NCBI RefSeq assembly: GCF_022045235.1
Contig: NW_027266274.1
Span: forward strand, 17,174,001 to 17,238,000
Length of the DNA stretch: 64,000 nt
Direction: 5' to 3'
DNA from: Haliotis cracherodii
Lineage: Eukaryota
A model generated the notes under the pieces. It was given only the letters and a program-made list of their open reading frames with translations, had not been told where the DNA came from and did not search any database. Shown here in pieces: positions 60,671-64,000 of this stretch. The translations under genes and the position numbers were made by a program. Every line of letters begins with the position of its first letter. Position 1 is the first letter of the stretch.

Positions 60671-60970
60671 GAAGTATGATTCATGGTTAAATAAAAACTA
60701 CGCACTCAAAACGTTGTGGGTTTCAATTTTAACTATATTTGCATGCCTCCATTGATATAGTTCATTATAATATAATATTACAACAAAGCAACTTTTACTT
60801 TGAAAAGATTAATTTTGAACAATATCAATAAATTTACCGCAGTAGATATACAAAACACTTTTATGCCATTCCGTCCAGCCATTGTGTTACTGACATAATT
60901 GTTCGTTTAATTCCTGACAATGCAACATACGTTGCTAACATGTGATGCGCCAACAAAGGTTTTGTTTATG
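60671..60970. repeat. Dispersed repeat, inverted copy of 56660-56975
   Basis: See 56660-56975. Confidence 0.8.
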
Positions 60971-61131
60971 CCATTCGGTTAAAACTTTAAACATTCAACA
61001 TCTATACCACTGTGATTGCGCCAACGTAATACCTCTTTTAGCTTGAAGACAATACCACATGGCATTGTTGTGAAAACATTACTTGTTTTGTTTTCATGAT
61101 GTTTGATCTATGTTTTTATATTACATATAGA

Positions 61132-61217
61132 GAATCTCACCCGAGTGTTTTTTTTTAATATCAAATATATCAGAGAGTGTTGATATATTTGATATCAAAA
61201 GACACGAGGGTGAGATT
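61132..61217. repeat. Palindromic hairpin (MITE core)
   Basis: AATCTCACCC..GTGT...ATATCAAATATATCA / TGATATATTTGATAT...ACAC..GGGTGAGATT. Confidence 0.7.
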
Positions 61218-61521
61218 TTAATGATCATCCAACATCATTCTTCCAACTTTTTCAGTTTGTAGACAGTAATAATTAAGCGCAGTGTCTTAGTGTAAAAAGT
61301 ACTGCTAATAGCTTCAACAGCAGAGCCATTAGTGACGTCTTTGTTACATGACGTCAATATAGGCTGTAAAGCATTGTTATGCAATTTCATTGCAGCGATA
61401 TCTACAATGTAGATACAGCTTGATCTCTCCCAATATATATACCAAGTGATATCTCCGGTGATAGCCAGTTTTGGATGATAAATGTACTTAAACTCAAATG
61501 TGTCATGTTCTCATTCCTGAT

Positions 61522-61784
61522 GGGGGCACGGGTGGCCCAGTCGTCTAAGGCGCCACGATTCGCTGTGCTTTGGGCACGCCAGAAACCTTTGATTGGAGGT
61601 TCGAATCCCGGTTCGCCCCGATTATGTTTCTAGGTTTGTCAGCACCATACCCGTGATCGTGGGTTTCACCGGAGTGGTAAACGTCTAAGACCTGCATCAC
61701 TTCGGGCTTTCCTCCCACATTAAGCTGACACGCCGCGATATAACTGTAATACTGTTAAACGCGGCGTTAAACCCAACTCACTCA
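61522..61784 (+). mobile_element. tRNA-derived SINE family 3
   Basis: Homologous to 42092-42370; 12-bp TSD CTCATTCCTGAT. Confidence 0.9.
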
Positions 61785-62555
61785 CTCATTCCTGATACTG
61801 AAGGTACCACATGCAAATTACAATTTGTTTAACCTTCAGGGTTACATCTGTAAGTTTTATGACAGTATAGGTACTTACATCAATAGGTAGGTATGCTACA
61901 ACATTTCTTGGAGCTGTGTTGATCCTCTGGAACAAAGTTATCTTGTATTTTAGTTATTTGCATCTGCGTACCTAATTAATTTATAAAATGCGTCGTGGTA
62001 TTTCTGGAATATTGCTAAAAGCGGCGTAAAGCCATACTTGCTGCTACCTGCCCTACTCCATGGTCGGAAAGGTCCCGAACGGATGAACTGGTATGACTGG
62101 GGTCCGTCTTTCGCTGCGCAACATAACAAACTGTATCAGTCAATTATGGAACTCTTCCTCACCAGAGTCACAAATATTGATACTTCCGGATAGCGATGTG
62201 GGATTTATTCACATGTGCTTATTTGTTATCATTTGAATAAATACAGACCTTTCAATGTCAAATATTTAAATAAACACAAGAAAATCAAGCAGTTACCACT
62301 CCTCTTGTTTGTAAAAGTCGCCATACCGACTTACGACCCTCGCGACGAGATCTTCTAGAATCGTCTGGAGACACTTCGATTTTTCCACATTAATCTTGAC
62401 AAGCGTCGAAGAATTACTGAACAAACCTATGCGTGCGCAATTATGATGAGAAGTGCGATATATATTGAGTAACTCTTCAGCTGTGTGGAAGTCAGAAATA
62501 GTTGATATCGAGACAGTGCCTATTCCAGGAGTAACGGGACTGAGTATAACTCGCT

Positions 62556-64000
62556 ATGGCAGCACCTGGTGACGACGGTAATGGAGGCCCATCTAGAATC
62601 CCAAAAGACATGAAGAGTCTTCTCCAGTTCTGTGTGCAGGCCACACAAGCCGAGGATCCTACGACCTCAGCAGATTTTAGCCAGATGTCTGATGAGGTAA
62701 TAACCCGATAGTTAATGTAATCGGGCCCATTGCCACCCTGTTGTAAATAATATTTGTTGATTTTCATGGTTTGAAAACGTATTTTTAAAATTAAACCTCG
62801 ACATTTGAGACAATAAGCATGATAAGAGAAGTCTCACGTGAAGTCAGTGGTAATTCAGCAAAATATAATCATATAGAGGTCTAACTATTTCATATATTTA
62901 TATGTGATTTTCTACTTGCATTTTAAAAAGAAAATACCACCAAAATCAGAGCTGTGATGTCCTTCACTCTGGAGAACAGTGGCATTTCTAGCCACTTTCT
63001 TGAAATATATTAATCATAGGGATAGGAATATTCATGATACCACACTCACATTACCATGCACACAACCTGCAGATGTTCCTGTTAAATGACTAGTGAACAC
63101 CGGTTTTCATCCTTTAGCTGTGACTGAGACTGACTGTCAGCCTCCAATCTGTTCCACAGCCGGACTTCATTACTGGTCCCAAAGACATTTTAAACATTTG
63201 CAGTTTCCTTTTATTTTCTGTTTTGATGCAGCTCATCTTTTAATTCTAACAAAAGGTTCAATGGCAATATTGAGTCTGATTCTAGATGTTTTTTAAACCT
63301 TTTATTTTGATCAGTGGAAATGAAAGTTGATGCAAGCGTATTGTTTTGTCTGGAATGAGGCTTTGATTTTTAACGTTTGTGTCTAACTACAAGTTTTAAT
63401 TTTGCTGTTAGAAATGAAAAGGGGCCCTGGGGCCCTGGGGCCCTGGAGGTTTTCTGTTACAGTTTTTTAGTCTAGGGGCCCCCAAATCTCCCCCTTTGAC
63501 AGAACGTACATGATCCCTTGAGCATGTTGCATTGTTTACTTATTATAACATGATGATGTTCTATTAGTATCATGAGGTGGATATTTCAGCGGAAGGAATG
63601 GCTGGAGAAGGCGCTGACCGACATGAGTGTGAACCCAGTGGAGAGAATGCAGCTGTGTGTCCGTGTGGTCAAGATGGAGGGCGACAGCGATGACGGTGTG
63701 GAGAAGAAGGTAACTGCCCTGGAGGAGATTACCGAGTGGGCAGAACAGATCGACTTCGCTATAGGTGTGTACAACCTTCACAGCATATCAAGATTATCTC
63801 CCTTCAGGTTACCATGGCTACAGCTTTGATTAATTATTTGATCTTCTGCTGTGTGTATGATGTCTACTGTGTAAATATCAATTCTTTGTGTTGAAATATC
63901 TGTAACCAGGTGTAGTGATGTCTGTTGGATTTACTCGTTGACATATTTGTTGATAAGATGTCTGCGGGTCATTTTTGCAGACTTTCACAAGATTGGTGGA
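62556..64000 (+). CDS. HSPBP1: Hsp70-binding protein 1 (Fes1-like nucleotide exchange factor), 5' part; runs off the window
   Basis: Exons 62556-62696 (MAAPG...PKDMKSLLQFCVQAT...QMSDE), 63590-63764 (RKEWLEKAL...ALEEITEWAEQIDFAI) and 63981-end (DFHKIGG), in phase. Matches the HSPBP1 motifs M(S/D)EER..WL.EAL and DFxKIGG. Confidence 0.9.

Overview
Repeat-rich eukaryotic DNA with GT-AG introns, no operons or CRISPR, and one 253-N gap. The SINE, RTE-X and Tc1 content suggests a mollusc, possibly a gastropod such as abalone (inference). Four spliced genes were rebuilt by hand, and the ORF track captures only fragments of them. (1) A + strand 2OG-Fe(II)/prolyl-4-hydroxylase-like oxygenase at about 17.7-26.8 kb. 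(2, 3) Two tandem, intact, 7-exon, 486-aa secreted alpha/beta-hydrolase paralogs on the - strand (36487-44101 and 49484-58917), plus an orphan but intact duplicate of the last exon (29802-30113) with a hypervariable core. (4) The 5' part of HSPBP1/Fes1 on the + strand from 62556. The rest is about 25 minisatellites, many abutting or containing splice sites, and many mobile elements: three SINE families sharing a 3' tail, Tc1 elements, an EnSpm-like TIR element with nested insertions, MITEs, two RTE-X-like LINE fragments, a Gmr1-type Gypsy (integrase before RT), a tRNA-containing solo-LTR-like element and a Polinton/adintovirus relic. Most long ORFs in the supplied track are minisatellite artefacts.
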